Positions 25,701 through 34,098 of a stretch of DNA of 64,000 bases are shown piece after piece. The notes beneath the pieces are model-generated. The model was not told the origin of the DNA and did not search any database. It saw only the letters and a program-made list of their open reading frames with translations. The stretch is from Bacteroidota bacterium (GTDB lineage Bacteria; Bacteroidota; Bacteroidia; Chitinophagales; Chitinophagaceae). The stretch is from contig JAEYQO010000104.1 in NCBI GenBank assembly GCA_023409975.1, forward strand, positions 1,157 through 65,156, given 5' to 3'. Position 1 is the first letter of the stretch. Each line of letters begins with the position of its first letter. Both the position numbers and the translations under genes were made by a program.

Positions 25701-28222
25701 TCCCTCAACTGCACGGGCATTTCGTTTTTCGTAACAGTCTGCCCGGTTTGATATACCTCGTCGAGTATGGATAGAACATCTTGTTGTTCCAGCTCGGGAA
25801 GGGCTTCTCTCACAGTCATTCCGGTAAAATCCTTGTTACCGAAAACCTCTTTGTTTTTTGGATGGAAGAATTCAAAATGGTGCTGCGGCCCTTTGAATAC
25901 ATTGATTGTCGCCGGTGCCTGCAGAAAGAGCTGATAGAATTGCTGTTCCGTCTCCCGCCGTACTTTATTGATTCGGATATGATTGGTGACACGTACAAGC
26001 AGTTCCTTAGCTGAAAATGGCTTGACAAGATAGTCATCTGCGCCTGCATCTAAACCTTCCACCTTGGCTTCTTCCCCGGCTCTTGCTGATAGGAAAATGA
26101 CCGGTGTATGTTTGAGTTCCGGGTGCTGTCGGATCTTCTCAAGTAATCCGAAGCCATCCAACAGTGGCATCATGATATCTGATAGAACCAGCTCGGGCCT
26201 GTCTGTTATCATTTTTTCGTATGCATCATTACCATCTTTAGCGGTTATAACCTCGAAATGTTCGGCCAGTAATCGCTGAAGGTATTCGCGCATGTCTGCA
26301 TTGTCATCTGCGATCAACACTTTGTGAATCTGATCGCCGGTAAGGTTTCCTATCGGTGAATTCGGAACCTCATTTTTAGCCGCTTTACGTTCCTGGAGGG
26401 GAAGCCATTTCATGGCTTCTTCAGCAAATACAACAGAATGGGTGCCCGAGGAGCCGGTATGTGCCGACTCGTTGATCTTCTCTGGGGGAAGGTGATCTTT
26501 ACCAGCGGGGATGTTGACTGTGAAAGTAGAACCCTTTCCCAGCTCGCTGGACACTTCAATGTTACCATTGTGGATTTTCACAAGTTCCATTACCATCGCA
26601 AGTCCTATACCGGTACCTTCCTGACTCCTGCCTTCCGAATGCTCCACCCGGTGGAATCGGTTAAATATCTTTTCAATCTGGTCTGAGGGAATACCTATCC
26701 CGGTATCTTTCACACTGACCTGTATGGATTTTCCAGCCTGTGCCACTGAGACTATGATGGATCCCTTTTTGCTGTACTTGAAAGCATTGGAAACCAGGTT
26801 AAGGATGATCTTTTCCCACATGTCGACATCCACATAAACATCCTCCTTTATTCTGCCACAGTTGAAAACAAGTTGCATCCCTGCTTTCTCGACTGCAGAT
26901 CTGAAGGTGCTAACGAGGTCTTCCGTGAACTTGCAGATATTCACCCTGCTAAATCTGCCTTCCATTCGGCCGGCTTCAATTCGCGAGAAATCGAGGAGTG
27001 TGTTTACCAGCTTCTGCATTCGCCGGGCATTACGCAGGGCCACATCGAGCCTGGCTTTGTTTTCTTCGATCGCTTCAGGCTCCTGAAGAGCGTCCTCTAT
27101 GGGGCCGACCAGTAGTGACAGGGGGGTGCGGAACTCATGGCTGATATTCGAGAAGAATATGGTTTTTGCACGATCGATTTCCGCCAGCGCTGCAGCTCGT
27201 TTTCTCTCCTCTTCCAGGGTACGTACGTCACCAAATGCTGTAGTGAGCTGATCTGTGATCAGTTGAAAGAAAGCCTGATATTTTTCATCCAGCAGCCGGT
27301 AGGGATTTAGACCTACCACGAGGACACCAATCGGCTCTCTGGTGGCGGTCGAGTGGACCGGAATAACCAGGACGTTGTCGGGTGGTATTTGCCAGGCGCC
27401 AGTGGGAAGCTGACCGATTTTGGAAGTAAGACCTTCCATCAGGGCGGGCTGACCTGTCTCAAGAGCGCGTCTGATCGTAGTGGGAATTTCGCCATCCGCC
27501 TGAAGAGCTACTTCGTCGTCAACAAGCGCCCTGGAACCGGCCAGGTCGGTATGCGAGACAAGAACAGCCTTCCCATTCTCTATTTTTCTGAATAATGCGA
27601 ATGGAAAATCCTGTGGATTCTCACCCAGAGTAGTGATCGTGTTTTCGATCACATCCTGATTCGTTTCACAATCCGAAAGCCGTTTGCCGAGGAGTGTAAG
27701 CGTCTTAAGCTGCCGCTCACTGATAATCTTAGCGGTATCATCTGTATTGGCACAGAACATTCCGGCGGTCTTACCATCGTCTCCGGGAATAGGGGTATAA
27801 GAGAAGGTATAGTAGGTTTCTTCGGGGTATCCGTTACGCTCCATGATGAGGAGTTGTGACTCTACATACGTGCCTTGGTCATGCTCCATCACCTTGCGGA
27901 GTAGCGGGTCGATATCGTGCCAGATATCTTTCCATACTTCGGAAGCCGGTTTGCCAAGTGCCGACGGGTGTTTACCCCCAACAATAGCCTTATAGGGGTC
28001 ATTGTATAATTTGATAAGTTCTTTGCCCCAGCCGATCCAGATTGGTTGTCTTGAGGTCAGCATGATTCTGACACAGGTTCGAAGGTTTTGAGGCCAGGTG
28101 TGTACGGGCCCGAGTGGAGTGGTAGACCAATCAAACTTCCGGATATATTCACCCAGTTCGCCTCCACCGGAAAGGAACTCGGGTAGGACAGGTGTTTCCG
28201 TTGAGGTCAGGTGTGATTCCAT
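22757..28222 (-). CDS. 1821-aa multi-domain sensor kinase: N-terminal PAS-like/GAF-like - HisKA/HATPase #1 - REC - multi-PAS - GAF - PAS x2 - HisKA/HATPase #2
   Basis: Transmitter 1: FFSNISHEFRTPLSLL (His362, nt 27137-27139) and GTGIGLAMVMELVKIHNGNIEV. REC: KVLIADDNADMREYL...LVLSDIMMPLLDG (Asp682, nt 26177-26179) ...YLVKPF. GAF: LLLLDEEGQRLLHGAAPSLP...CWSTPIFSSRGKVLGTFAFYY. Transmitter 2: FAHVASHDLKEPVRK (His1601, nt 23420-23422) and GTGLGLALCKKIVERHRGQI. Confidence 0.9.
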   Translation of the reverse strand: MESHLTSTETPVLPEFLSGGGELGEYIRKFDWSTTPLGPVHTWPQNLRTCVRIMLTSRQPIWIGWGKELIKLYNDPYKAIVGGKHPSALGKPASEVWKDIWHDIDPLLRKVMEHDQGTYVESQLLIMERNGYPEETYYTFSYTPIPGDDGKTAGMFCANTDDTAKIISERQLKTLTLLGKRLSDCETNQDVIENTITTLGENPQDFPFALFRKIENGKAVLVSHTDLAGSRALVDDEVALQADGEIPTTIRRALETGQPALMEGLTSKIGQLPTGAWQIPPDNVLVIPVHSTATREPIGVLVVGLNPYRLLDEKYQAFFQLITDQLTTAFGDVRTLEEERKRAAALAEIDRAKTIFFSNISHEFRTPLSLLVGPIEDALQEPEAIEENKARLDVALRNARRMQKLVNTLLDFSRIEAGRMEGRFSRVNICKFTEDLVSTFRSAVEKAGMQLVFNCGRIKEDVYVDVDMWEKIILNLVSNAFKYSKKGSIIVSVAQAGKSIQVSVKDTGIGIPSDQIEKIFNRFHRVEHSEGRSQEGTGIGLAMVMELVKIHNGNIEVSSELGKGSTFTVNIPAGKDHLPPEKINESAHTGSSGTHSVVFAEEAMKWLPLQERKAAKNEVPNSPIGNLTGDQIHKVLIADDNADMREYLQRLLAEHFEVITAKDGNDAYEKMITDRPELVLSDIMMPLLDGFGLLEKIRQHPELKHTPVIFLSARAGEEAKVEGLDAGADDYLVKPFSAKELLVRVTNHIRINKVRRETEQQFYQLFLQAPATINVFKGPQHHFEFFHPKNKEVFGNKDFTGMTVREALPELEQQDVLSILDEVYQTGQTVTKNEMPVQLRDESGVLRERFFNVAYKPWHNLRGEVQGVLNFSIDVTETVQARKRIELSENLFRSVLEQAPDPILILKGPDMVLEVANQPLFNVWQVDSSAIGKKFLDILPEAKEQGFLDLLQDVYFNDKIIKGTETPATFHRQDGTKETVYFNFIYQPYREMDGQISGVLVIANDVTQQVKAKQQLVESDERFRLVTKATQDAVWDWELQTNSLWWNEGFKTLFGFEDYEIDPTVASWYNGIHPDDQDRVVNGIHEIIDKGDSFWIDEYRFRTSQGSYKSVLDRGYVIRDASGKATRMLGSMQDITERKRIESILKGQKEAFEQAVHAEPLPAVLETLVRAAETNASFPLSASLLLLDEEGQRLLHGAAPSLPEAYNAAIHGISIGEQVGSCGTAAFLQKEVVVADIANDPRWHNFKDLALTHGLRACWSTPIFSSRGKVLGTFAFYYPEIHTPSEEDKDVVNLLSRSAGIVIEWYQDVLEKQKAEKALMESEKRFRMLADQTPMIIYIVEPNEQATMSYFNKTWLDYTGQNYDEALERAWNGFIHPDDLHLVFEKYTEGFRNKEAYTIPEVRLKRHDGEYRWHTFKGSPRFLPNGGFIGHVGVGFDIHERKLAEEALKQSEEQFRTLADSIQNLTWMARSDGWVYWYNNRWFEYTGAPASEMEGWGWRSCYHPEEQDAVMALTTEGLRSEEPFEFTFQMRRHDGEYRWFLTRVHPLNDSNGNVVRWVGTSTDIDDQKTFQEKLEMLVTERTQELQRSNQDLQQFAHVASHDLKEPVRKIKTFTLRLEDEFAEMLPEKGKTFINKVQNATDRMIAMIDGVLNYSKADAEKQPISDVDLNEVIDHVEADLEIPINQKNAQIKRGRLPAVPGASLLIYQLFYNLVNNSLKFAKEDTHPVITISSKEVEDVSGRYAAITIEDNGIGFQQEYAEKIFNTFTRLHSKDRFEGTGLGLALCKKIVERHRGQISAKGEREQGATFTILLPMKQENARI

Positions 28223-28304
28223 AAATGCGGTTTAGGGGAGTGTCGATTCCATTTTTTTATAAAAATTATGCCTAGCAACTTCAATACCAGGGGGTGTCAT
28301 ATTG

Positions 28305-28333
28305 AAAAAAAGCGCCTGTTTAATGCAGGCGCT
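28305..28333 (-). terminator. Rho-independent terminator after the upstream receiver gene
   Basis: Minus strand: AGCGCCTG-(7 nt)-CAGGCGCT followed by ttttttt. Confidence 0.65.
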
Positions 28334-28359
28334 GTCAATAATGACGTGAGAAACGATAT

Positions 28360-28827
28360 CTAATTCAGGTGTAGTTGTTTATAAACTGTTTCGCAAATGC
28401 TGTCTATATCCTGAATCTTGAGCTTTTCCAGTACGATCTTCAGCATTTGCATTGTCTTTCTGAAATCATAGGATTTCGTAACGAAACAGATAGCGCCTTT
28501 TTCAATCGCAAGTTCCCGGTCAGCTCTTCTGGATGAAGTGGTGTGAATGATCACCGGAATGTCCTTGAAGCGTTCCATTGATTTCAGTTTTTCAAGACAT
28601 TCCCAGCCGCTCATTCCCGGCATGTTGAGGTCCAGAAAGATGATGTCAGGGTTGTCAAATTGCAGCGTCTCGAGTTTCTCCAGAGCTTCGAACCCATCAT
28701 TAGCACAGTAGCAAATTACCTCAGGTTCGATGGAACTCAGGGCCTCACTAAATAAGCTACTGTCGTCATTGTCGTCATCTACGATGAGAAATTTTCTGTT
28801 AGAGGAGTGTTCAACTGTACTGGTCAT
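28360..28827 (-). CDS. Single-domain response regulator (receiver only), paralog of 22315-22770
   Basis: FLIVDDDNDDSSLFSEALSSIEPEVIC...PDIIFLDLNMPGMSGWECLEKLK...IPVIIHTTSS...ICFVTKS. I use ATG 28827; the listed ORF extends to 29004 with no receiver-like sequence. Confidence 0.8.
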   Translation of the reverse strand: MTSTVEHSSNRKFLIVDDDNDDSSLFSEALSSIEPEVICYCANDGFEALEKLETLQFDNPDIIFLDLNMPGMSGWECLEKLKSMERFKDIPVIIHTTSSRRADRELAIEKGAICFVTKSYDFRKTMQMLKIVLEKLKIQDIDSICETVYKQLHLN

Positions 28828-29057
28828 AGTGAGTCGATTAAGTTCAGTTATCAGCAAACATAAAGCGGAAATGGTATTTACGAAACACCTGATTTGAAAT
28901 GAGTGATAATCAAGAACTTGAAATTGTCTAACCGCGCACACCCTATGAAGATCCTGCTGAAATCTGCTGTGTTGCCTACGTGTGAAGACGAAAATTGTCG
29001 TCACGACAGGACCGTATCATTTGCTCAAACCTTAGTTTTACAGGCAACTGGACAGTG

Positions 29058-29423
29058 ATGATCATCAGGTTTATAAAAAGTCTGCGTTGGGCGGTAGCGG
29101 GATGGAATGCCTTCTTTGGTAAAGAGCGGAATGGGCAAATGCAATTAGTTGCAGCTATAGTAGTTGCAGGGTTGGGTTTCCTGCTGAATATCACAAGGAT
29201 GGAATGGATTGTGATTATTCTGTGTATTTCCATTGTGCTGATCCTGGAAATGCTGAATACTGCGATAGAGAAACTTTGCAATCTAATAACAACGGAATTT
29301 CATCCTGAGATCAAAACCATCAAGGACGTTTGTGCAGGCGCTGTTCTGACTGCAGCTGTGGCATCTTTCATTGTTGGGCTGCTGATATTCATCCCCTATG
29401 TCCTGAGGCTGATTTCCGAATAG
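29058..29423 (+). CDS. dgkA: Diacylglycerol kinase / undecaprenol kinase family (DgkA-type) membrane protein
   Basis: FIKSLRWAVAGWNAFFGKERNGQMQLV...EMLNTAIEKLCNLIT.EFHPEIKTIKDVCAGAVL: the EMLNTAIE motif is characteristic of DgkA. Starts at ATG 29058. Confidence 0.8.
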   Translation: MIIRFIKSLRWAVAGWNAFFGKERNGQMQLVAAIVVAGLGFLLNITRMEWIVIILCISIVLILEMLNTAIEKLCNLITTEFHPEIKTIKDVCAGAVLTAAVASFIVGLLIFIPYVLRLISE

Positions 29424-29736
29424 GCTGTTTGGCAACCTGCTGGTATTTTTCAGGACTGGTGGGACGTCATTCTAAAACTACCTCTATTGGACTTCAATGT
29501 AATGAAATCCTGCTTTTTGAAACCGTTTTGAGACGTTTGTTTAACCAGGCCGAAAACAAAGAACAAATACCTGGTTATAACAAGGCATGTCATTTCCAGG
29601 ATCAGGAATAGCAATCTTTAAAACGGTGCTATTGTGTATAAATAATCCATTATGCGTCGTTTAAAACACATCAAAGAAAAATCCGTGTGAACGGTCGTGG
29701 AGCGGTGGAGCGGCGGTGGAGAGTCGGTGGGTTACT

Positions 29737-29780
29737 AACGCAGGTATAACGCAGGTATAACTCAGGTCCAACTGAATGGT
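29737..29780 (+). repeat. Tandem 11-bp array (4 units, decaying further to about 29802)
   Basis: aacgcaggtat aacgcaggtat aactcaggtcc aactgaatggt. It has the same period as arrays A1-A3 and a related unit (AAC..AGG.(A/T)(G/T)T). It is preceded by ggtggagc-type short repeats at 29693-29730. Confidence 0.8.
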
Positions 29781-29855
29781 GACGGAGGGGTAGGGGGTAT
29801 TGGACGCTAAGTTGGCCCTTGGCTTGTTCGTCACAGTTAGATGTCAGTTTTCAAC

Positions 29856-29867
29856 CGGACAACAGTG
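29856..29867. repeat. 12-mer identical to the IS right-end core (cggacaacagtg)
   Basis: An exact copy of 3369-3380 in the same orientation, with no further IS similarity around it. Possibly a solo-end remnant or a shared motif. Confidence 0.35.
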
Positions 29868-29951
29868 TTTCAGAATAAATAGATTGTGTTTTCCTTAACA
29901 GCCTATTATCTTTGCGCTGATTTTACTCAAGTTATTTTCAAATACTGCCAG

Positions 29952-30632
29952 ATGAATTGGAAACATTACTTTACCACTTCGATTGGAAAGAAGCTGGTAA
30001 TGGGATTTACAGGTCTATTTCTGATTTCCTTCCTGATTGTTCACGTTTACATCAACTCCATGATCTTCGTTGGCAGAGATGCATTTAATGCCGCTGCTGA
30101 TTTCATGGGCTCGACCATCATTATCCGGATCATGGAAATCGGATTGTTTGCCGGTATTATCCTGCACATCGTCCAGGGATATATGCTGGCGTCTAAGAAC
30201 CTCGCGACCCGTAGTGTGCGTTATGAGGTGAAACCAGGCAACAAGACCAGCGCCTGGTACAGTCGTTCCATGGGCCTGCTGGGAACTCTTATCCTCCTGT
30301 TTCTCGTAGTTCATATCGTTCATTTCTGGGTGCCTTCCAGAGTTACTCACGATCTGAACCCTGTAGTGGTTCGTGACAGGGAAATGCATGATCTCTATCA
30401 GCGAATGCTGGACGTGTTCCAGGAACTTTGGGTAGTGATCTTATATCTCGTGGGTGTTTTTTCGCTGGGCTGGCATCTGGTCCACGGGTTTTACAGTGCC
30501 TTTCAGACGATGGGTCTTACAACGCATAAGTATAAGCGTATGATCCGGAACACAGGCATTGTGTTTACCATCGTAATCTGCCTGCTTTTTGCTGCGATGC
30601 CGGTTTCCATGTATATGGGCTGGGTGAACTAA
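29952..30632 (+). CDS. sdhC: Succinate dehydrogenase/fumarate reductase cytochrome b subunit (b558 family)
   Basis: MNWKHYFTTSIGKKLVMGFTGLFLISFLIVHV..., five TM helices with conserved His residues, immediately upstream of sdhA. Starts at ATG 29952. Confidence 0.85.
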   Translation: MNWKHYFTTSIGKKLVMGFTGLFLISFLIVHVYINSMIFVGRDAFNAAADFMGSTIIIRIMEIGLFAGIILHIVQGYMLASKNLATRSVRYEVKPGNKTSAWYSRSMGLLGTLILLFLVVHIVHFWVPSRVTHDLNPVVVRDREMHDLYQRMLDVFQELWVVILYLVGVFSLGWHLVHGFYSAFQTMGLTTHKYKRMIRNTGIVFTIVICLLFAAMPVSMYMGWVN

Positions 30633-30665
30633 TCTAATCTTCAAACTTTAATTTCATTACCTGAT

Positions 30666-32642
30666 ATGATACTCAATTCCAAGATACCAGCAGGAGCATT
30701 AGAGTCGAAATGGACAACATATAAATCGACCTGTAAGCTGGTGAACCCGGCTAACAAGCGTCAGCTGGAGGTGATCGTGATTGGGACCGGCCTGGCGGGG
30801 GCGTCAGCTGCTGCTTCACTCGGTGAACTGGGCTATAAAGTAAAAACCTTCTGCTTTCAGGATAGTCCCCGTCGTGCGCACTCAATAGCTGCACAAGGGG
30901 GAATCAATGCTGCCAAGAATTATCAGAATGACGGTGACAGTACCTTCCGTCTGTTCTACGATACTGTTAAAGGTGGTGACTACCGTGCACGTGAGGCCAA
31001 TGTATACAGGCTTGCAGAGGTAAGCGCCAATATTATTGATCAGTGTGTGGCTCAGGGGGTTCCCTTTGCGCGTGAATATGGAGGTTTGCTGAGTAACCGT
31101 TCTTTTGGCGGAACTCAGGTTCAACGAACTTTCTACGCTGCAGGACAGACCGGGCAGCAACTATTGATCGGAGCCTATCAGGCGCTCGAACGACAGGTGG
31201 CTCTGGGCAATGTTACACAGTACTCCCGCCATGAAATGCTGGAAATCGTAGTGATCGATGGCAAGGCAAGAGGTGTGATCGTGAGAAATCTGGTGACCGG
31301 AGAGTTAGAGCGTCATTTCGGACATGCTGTACTGCTTTGTTCGGGTGGATATGGTAACGTGTTTTATCTTTCTACAAATGCAATGGGCTCTAACGTAACG
31401 GCAGCATGGAAAGCTCATAAAAAAGGTGCTTACTTCGGAAATCCATGCTTTACGCAAATTCACCCTACCTGTATTCCGGTGAGCGGCGACCACCAGTCGA
31501 AACTGACGCTGATGTCTGAATCACTGCGTAATGATGGGCGGATTTGGGTGCCAAAGAAGCAGGGTGATAATCGCAGACCAAATGAGATTCCCGAAGAGGA
31601 AAGAGACTATTATCTGGAAAGAAGGTATCCGGCATTCGGTAACCTTGTGCCACGTGACGTGGCCAGCCGTGCCGCGAAGGAGCGTTGCGATGCAGGCTTT
31701 GGAGTGGGGGCGAGCAAGCAGGCGGTTTACCTGGACTATGCATCGGCTATCGAAAGGTATGGAAGAATTGAAGCAAACAAGCAGGGGCTGGTAAATGCCG
31801 ATGCCGCAACAATTACCGAATTAGGCAGGGGTGTTGTAAAAGAGAAGTACGGTAACCTTTTCGAAATGTACGAGAAGATTACTGGTGAAAATCCATATGA
31901 GGTCCCAATGAGAATCTACCCAGCCGTCCACTATACAATGGGTGGACTGTGGGTGGACTATGAACTAATGACAACGGTACCGGGACTTTACGCATTAGGA
32001 GAAGCTAACTTTAGCGATCATGGTGCTAACAGGCTTGGAGCGTCTGCTCTGATGCAGGGATTGGCTGACGGGTATTTCGTGATACCATACACTATGGGTA
32101 ATTACCTGGCAGACGATATCCGTACCAAAGCTATTCCAACTAATCACCCTGCTTTTGAAGAAGCTGAGAAGAATGTGCGTGACAGAATACAAAAGCTGAT
32201 GAGCATACAGGGTACAGAGAGTGTTGAAAGCTTTCACAAACGCCTTGGAAAGATCATGTGGGATAAGTGCGGTATGGCGAGAAACGAAAAAGGGCTAAAG
32301 GAAGCAATTACAGAAATCCAGGCATTGAGAAAAGAGTTCTGGACGAATGTTCGAATTCCAGGCGCTATCGAAGAGTTTAATCCGGAACTGGACAAAGCAA
32401 ATCGCGTTGCCGACTTCCTGGAACTGGGTGAATTGATGTGTATAGATGCTTTACACCGGAACGAGAGCTGCGGTGGTCATTTCCGTGAGGAATATCAGAC
32501 AGAAGATGGTGAAGCAATGCGTCAGGATGACAAGTATATGTATGTAGGATGTTGGGAATTCAAAGGAGAAAGCCAATTCGAACTACATAAAGAAGAGTTG
32601 AATTACGATGTGGTTCATCCAACACAGCGTAGCTATAAATAA
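30666..32642 (+). CDS. sdhA: Succinate dehydrogenase/fumarate reductase flavoprotein subunit
   Basis: [21 protein letters not shown] (FAD GxGxxG), [14 protein letters not shown] (covalent FAD His), [20 protein letters not shown]. Confidence 0.95.
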   Translation: MILNSKIPAGALESKWTTYKSTCKLVNPANKRQLEVIVIGTGLAGASAAASLGELGYKVKTFCFQDSPRRAHSIAAQGGINAAKNYQNDGDSTFRLFYDTVKGGDYRAREANVYRLAEVSANIIDQCVAQGVPFAREYGGLLSNRSFGGTQVQRTFYAAGQTGQQLLIGAYQALERQVALGNVTQYSRHEMLEIVVIDGKARGVIVRNLVTGELERHFGHAVLLCSGGYGNVFYLSTNAMGSNVTAAWKAHKKGAYFGNPCFTQIHPTCIPVSGDHQSKLTLMSESLRNDGRIWVPKKQGDNRRPNEIPEEERDYYLERRYPAFGNLVPRDVASRAAKERCDAGFGVGASKQAVYLDYASAIERYGRIEANKQGLVNADAATITELGRGVVKEKYGNLFEMYEKITGENPYEVPMRIYPAVHYTMGGLWVDYELMTTVPGLYALGEANFSDHGANRLGASALMQGLADGYFVIPYTMGNYLADDIRTKAIPTNHPAFEEAEKNVRDRIQKLMSIQGTESVESFHKRLGKIMWDKCGMARNEKGLKEAITEIQALRKEFWTNVRIPGAIEEFNPELDKANRVADFLELGELMCIDALHRNESCGGHFREEYQTEDGEAMRQDDKYMYVGCWEFKGESQFELHKEELNYDVVHPTQRSYK

Positions 32643-32664
32643 AGGTGGAACAACGGTCAGTAAG

Positions 32665-33243
32665 ATGAAACTTTTCAGAGGATTGATAGCAATAGCCGTT
32701 TCAGGATCCATAATCCTGGCCTCCTGTCAGAAGGCAGAAACCCTTCCTTCAGGCTGTGTCGATAATGGTGCTATGAGTTTTCTGAAGGTGGGTAATGAAT
32801 TGGTCTATGATTACACTGATATTGCCACTCTGGATGATGAGCTGATCATAACCGTAAGTGGGAAAACAGAAGACGGGGCCTACATTCTGGACCTGACCGA
32901 GGGTGGCGCATATGTTGAGACAACAGGAGATACGCGCTATATGAGGGAATGTGATGAATGGTTGTTAATCGATGCAGAACAAGATCCTACTTCCTCTGAC
33001 AGGGGCTTTCCGGTGAATCGAACGATCGATCAAACCTGGATGGAGGGGCAGGCCGGGCAATACAAAGTGATTGAAAAGAACGTAGCCGTTTCGGTACAGG
33101 CGGGTACATTTACCTGTGATGTTATACGTTTTGAACCCACGAATACTTTTGATACTATTACCATTTATTTCAACAATCAGGTTGGATACGTGAAGTATGA
33201 TGGGTTTCAAACTCAGTACGAATTGAAAAGCAAGAATTTTTAA
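32665..33243 (+). CDS. Hypothetical lipoprotein encoded between sdhA and sdhB
   Basis: ATG 32665; lipobox MKLFRGLIAIAVSGSIILASC. No family recognised. Gaps are 22 nt after the sdhA stop and 34 nt before the sdhB ATG. Confidence 0.6.
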   Translation: MKLFRGLIAIAVSGSIILASCQKAETLPSGCVDNGAMSFLKVGNELVYDYTDIATLDDELIITVSGKTEDGAYILDLTEGGAYVETTGDTRYMRECDEWLLIDAEQDPTSSDRGFPVNRTIDQTWMEGQAGQYKVIEKNVAVSVQAGTFTCDVIRFEPTNTFDTITIYFNNQVGYVKYDGFQTQYELKSKNF

Positions 33244-33277
33244 AAAGTAAAAACTAGGTCCAGTGGAACACTACAAT

Positions 33278-34036
33278 ATGAATCTGACGCTGAAGGTCTG
33301 GAAGCAACAGAACATGCACTCAAAAGGGCATTTCGAGACCTATCAAGTCAAAAACATTTCCTCTGAAATGTCTTTCCTGGAAATGTTCGATGTCCTTAAC
33401 GAGCAGCTTATCGCTGAAGGGAAAGAGCCTATTGCATTTGACCACGACTGCCGCGAAGGTATCTGTGGAATGTGTAGTATGTATATCAATGGTCGTGCTC
33501 ATGGTCCCTGGCATAATACCACCACATGTCAGCTTCATATGAGGGAATATAAGGATGGTGACACCATCGTTGTAGAGCCCTGGAGAGCCAATGCGTTTCC
33601 GGTGATAAAAGATCTGGTCGTAGACAGGCAGGCATTTGATCGCATCATTCAGGCAGGTGGTTACGTTTCCGTAAATACAGGTAACGCTGTAGATGCCAAT
33701 GCTATCCCTGTTGAAAAATATAAGGCTGACGAGGCATTTGCTGCAGCATCCTGCATTGGTTGCGGCGCCTGTGTTGCTGCCTGTCCGAATGCTTCTGCGA
33801 TGCTGTTTGTAGGAGCCAAGGCCTCTCACCTCGCCTTATTACCTCAGGGTGATCCTGAGCGCAAAATAAGAGCGGTTAATATGGTGGCGCAAATGGACAA
33901 GGAAGGATTCGGTAGCTGTACGAATATCGGCGCATGTGAAGCAGAATGTCCCAAGGGCATTTCCGTTGAAAATATTGCTCGTTTGAACCGCGAGTATATG
34001 GGTGCCGTTTTCTCAGGCGGTTCTGATAACGCATAG
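33278..34036 (+). CDS. sdhB: Succinate dehydrogenase/fumarate reductase iron-sulfur subunit
   Basis: [16 protein letters not shown] (2Fe-2S), [13 protein letters not shown] (4Fe-4S), [15 protein letters not shown] (3Fe-4S). Starts at ATG 33278. Confidence 0.95.
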   Translation: MNLTLKVWKQQNMHSKGHFETYQVKNISSEMSFLEMFDVLNEQLIAEGKEPIAFDHDCREGICGMCSMYINGRAHGPWHNTTTCQLHMREYKDGDTIVVEPWRANAFPVIKDLVVDRQAFDRIIQAGGYVSVNTGNAVDANAIPVEKYKADEAFAAASCIGCGACVAACPNASAMLFVGAKASHLALLPQGDPERKIRAVNMVAQMDKEGFGSCTNIGACEAECPKGISVENIARLNREYMGAVFSGGSDNA

Positions 34037-34057
34037 GTTTCAACCATATAGAATTTC

Positions 34058-34085
34058 AGGCTGTCTTCATAGGCAGCCTTTTTTG
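34058..34085 (+). terminator. Rho-independent terminator after sdhB
   Basis: AGGCTGTCT-tcat-AGGCAGCCT (9-bp stem with one G:U pair) followed by ttttttt. Confidence 0.65.
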
Positions 34086-34098
34086 TTACTTTGCCTCC

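Noticed and set aside
29330-29611. 93-aa plus-strand ORF overlapping the dgkA 3' end.
   Set aside because: It is out of frame with DgkA and runs into the non-coding sdh leader. No motif.
29522-29627. Nested 8-bp inverted repeats (29522-29529/29620-29627 and 29542-29549/29570-29577) that could suggest a structured leader RNA or riboswitch before sdhC.
   Set aside because: The stems are short and AT-rich, with large loops, so they are compatible with chance. I recognise no known riboswitch core sequences, and covariation data would be needed.
33320-33829. 169-aa minus-strand ORF.
   Set aside because: It is antisense to sdhB, whose three Fe-S cluster motifs are unambiguous.
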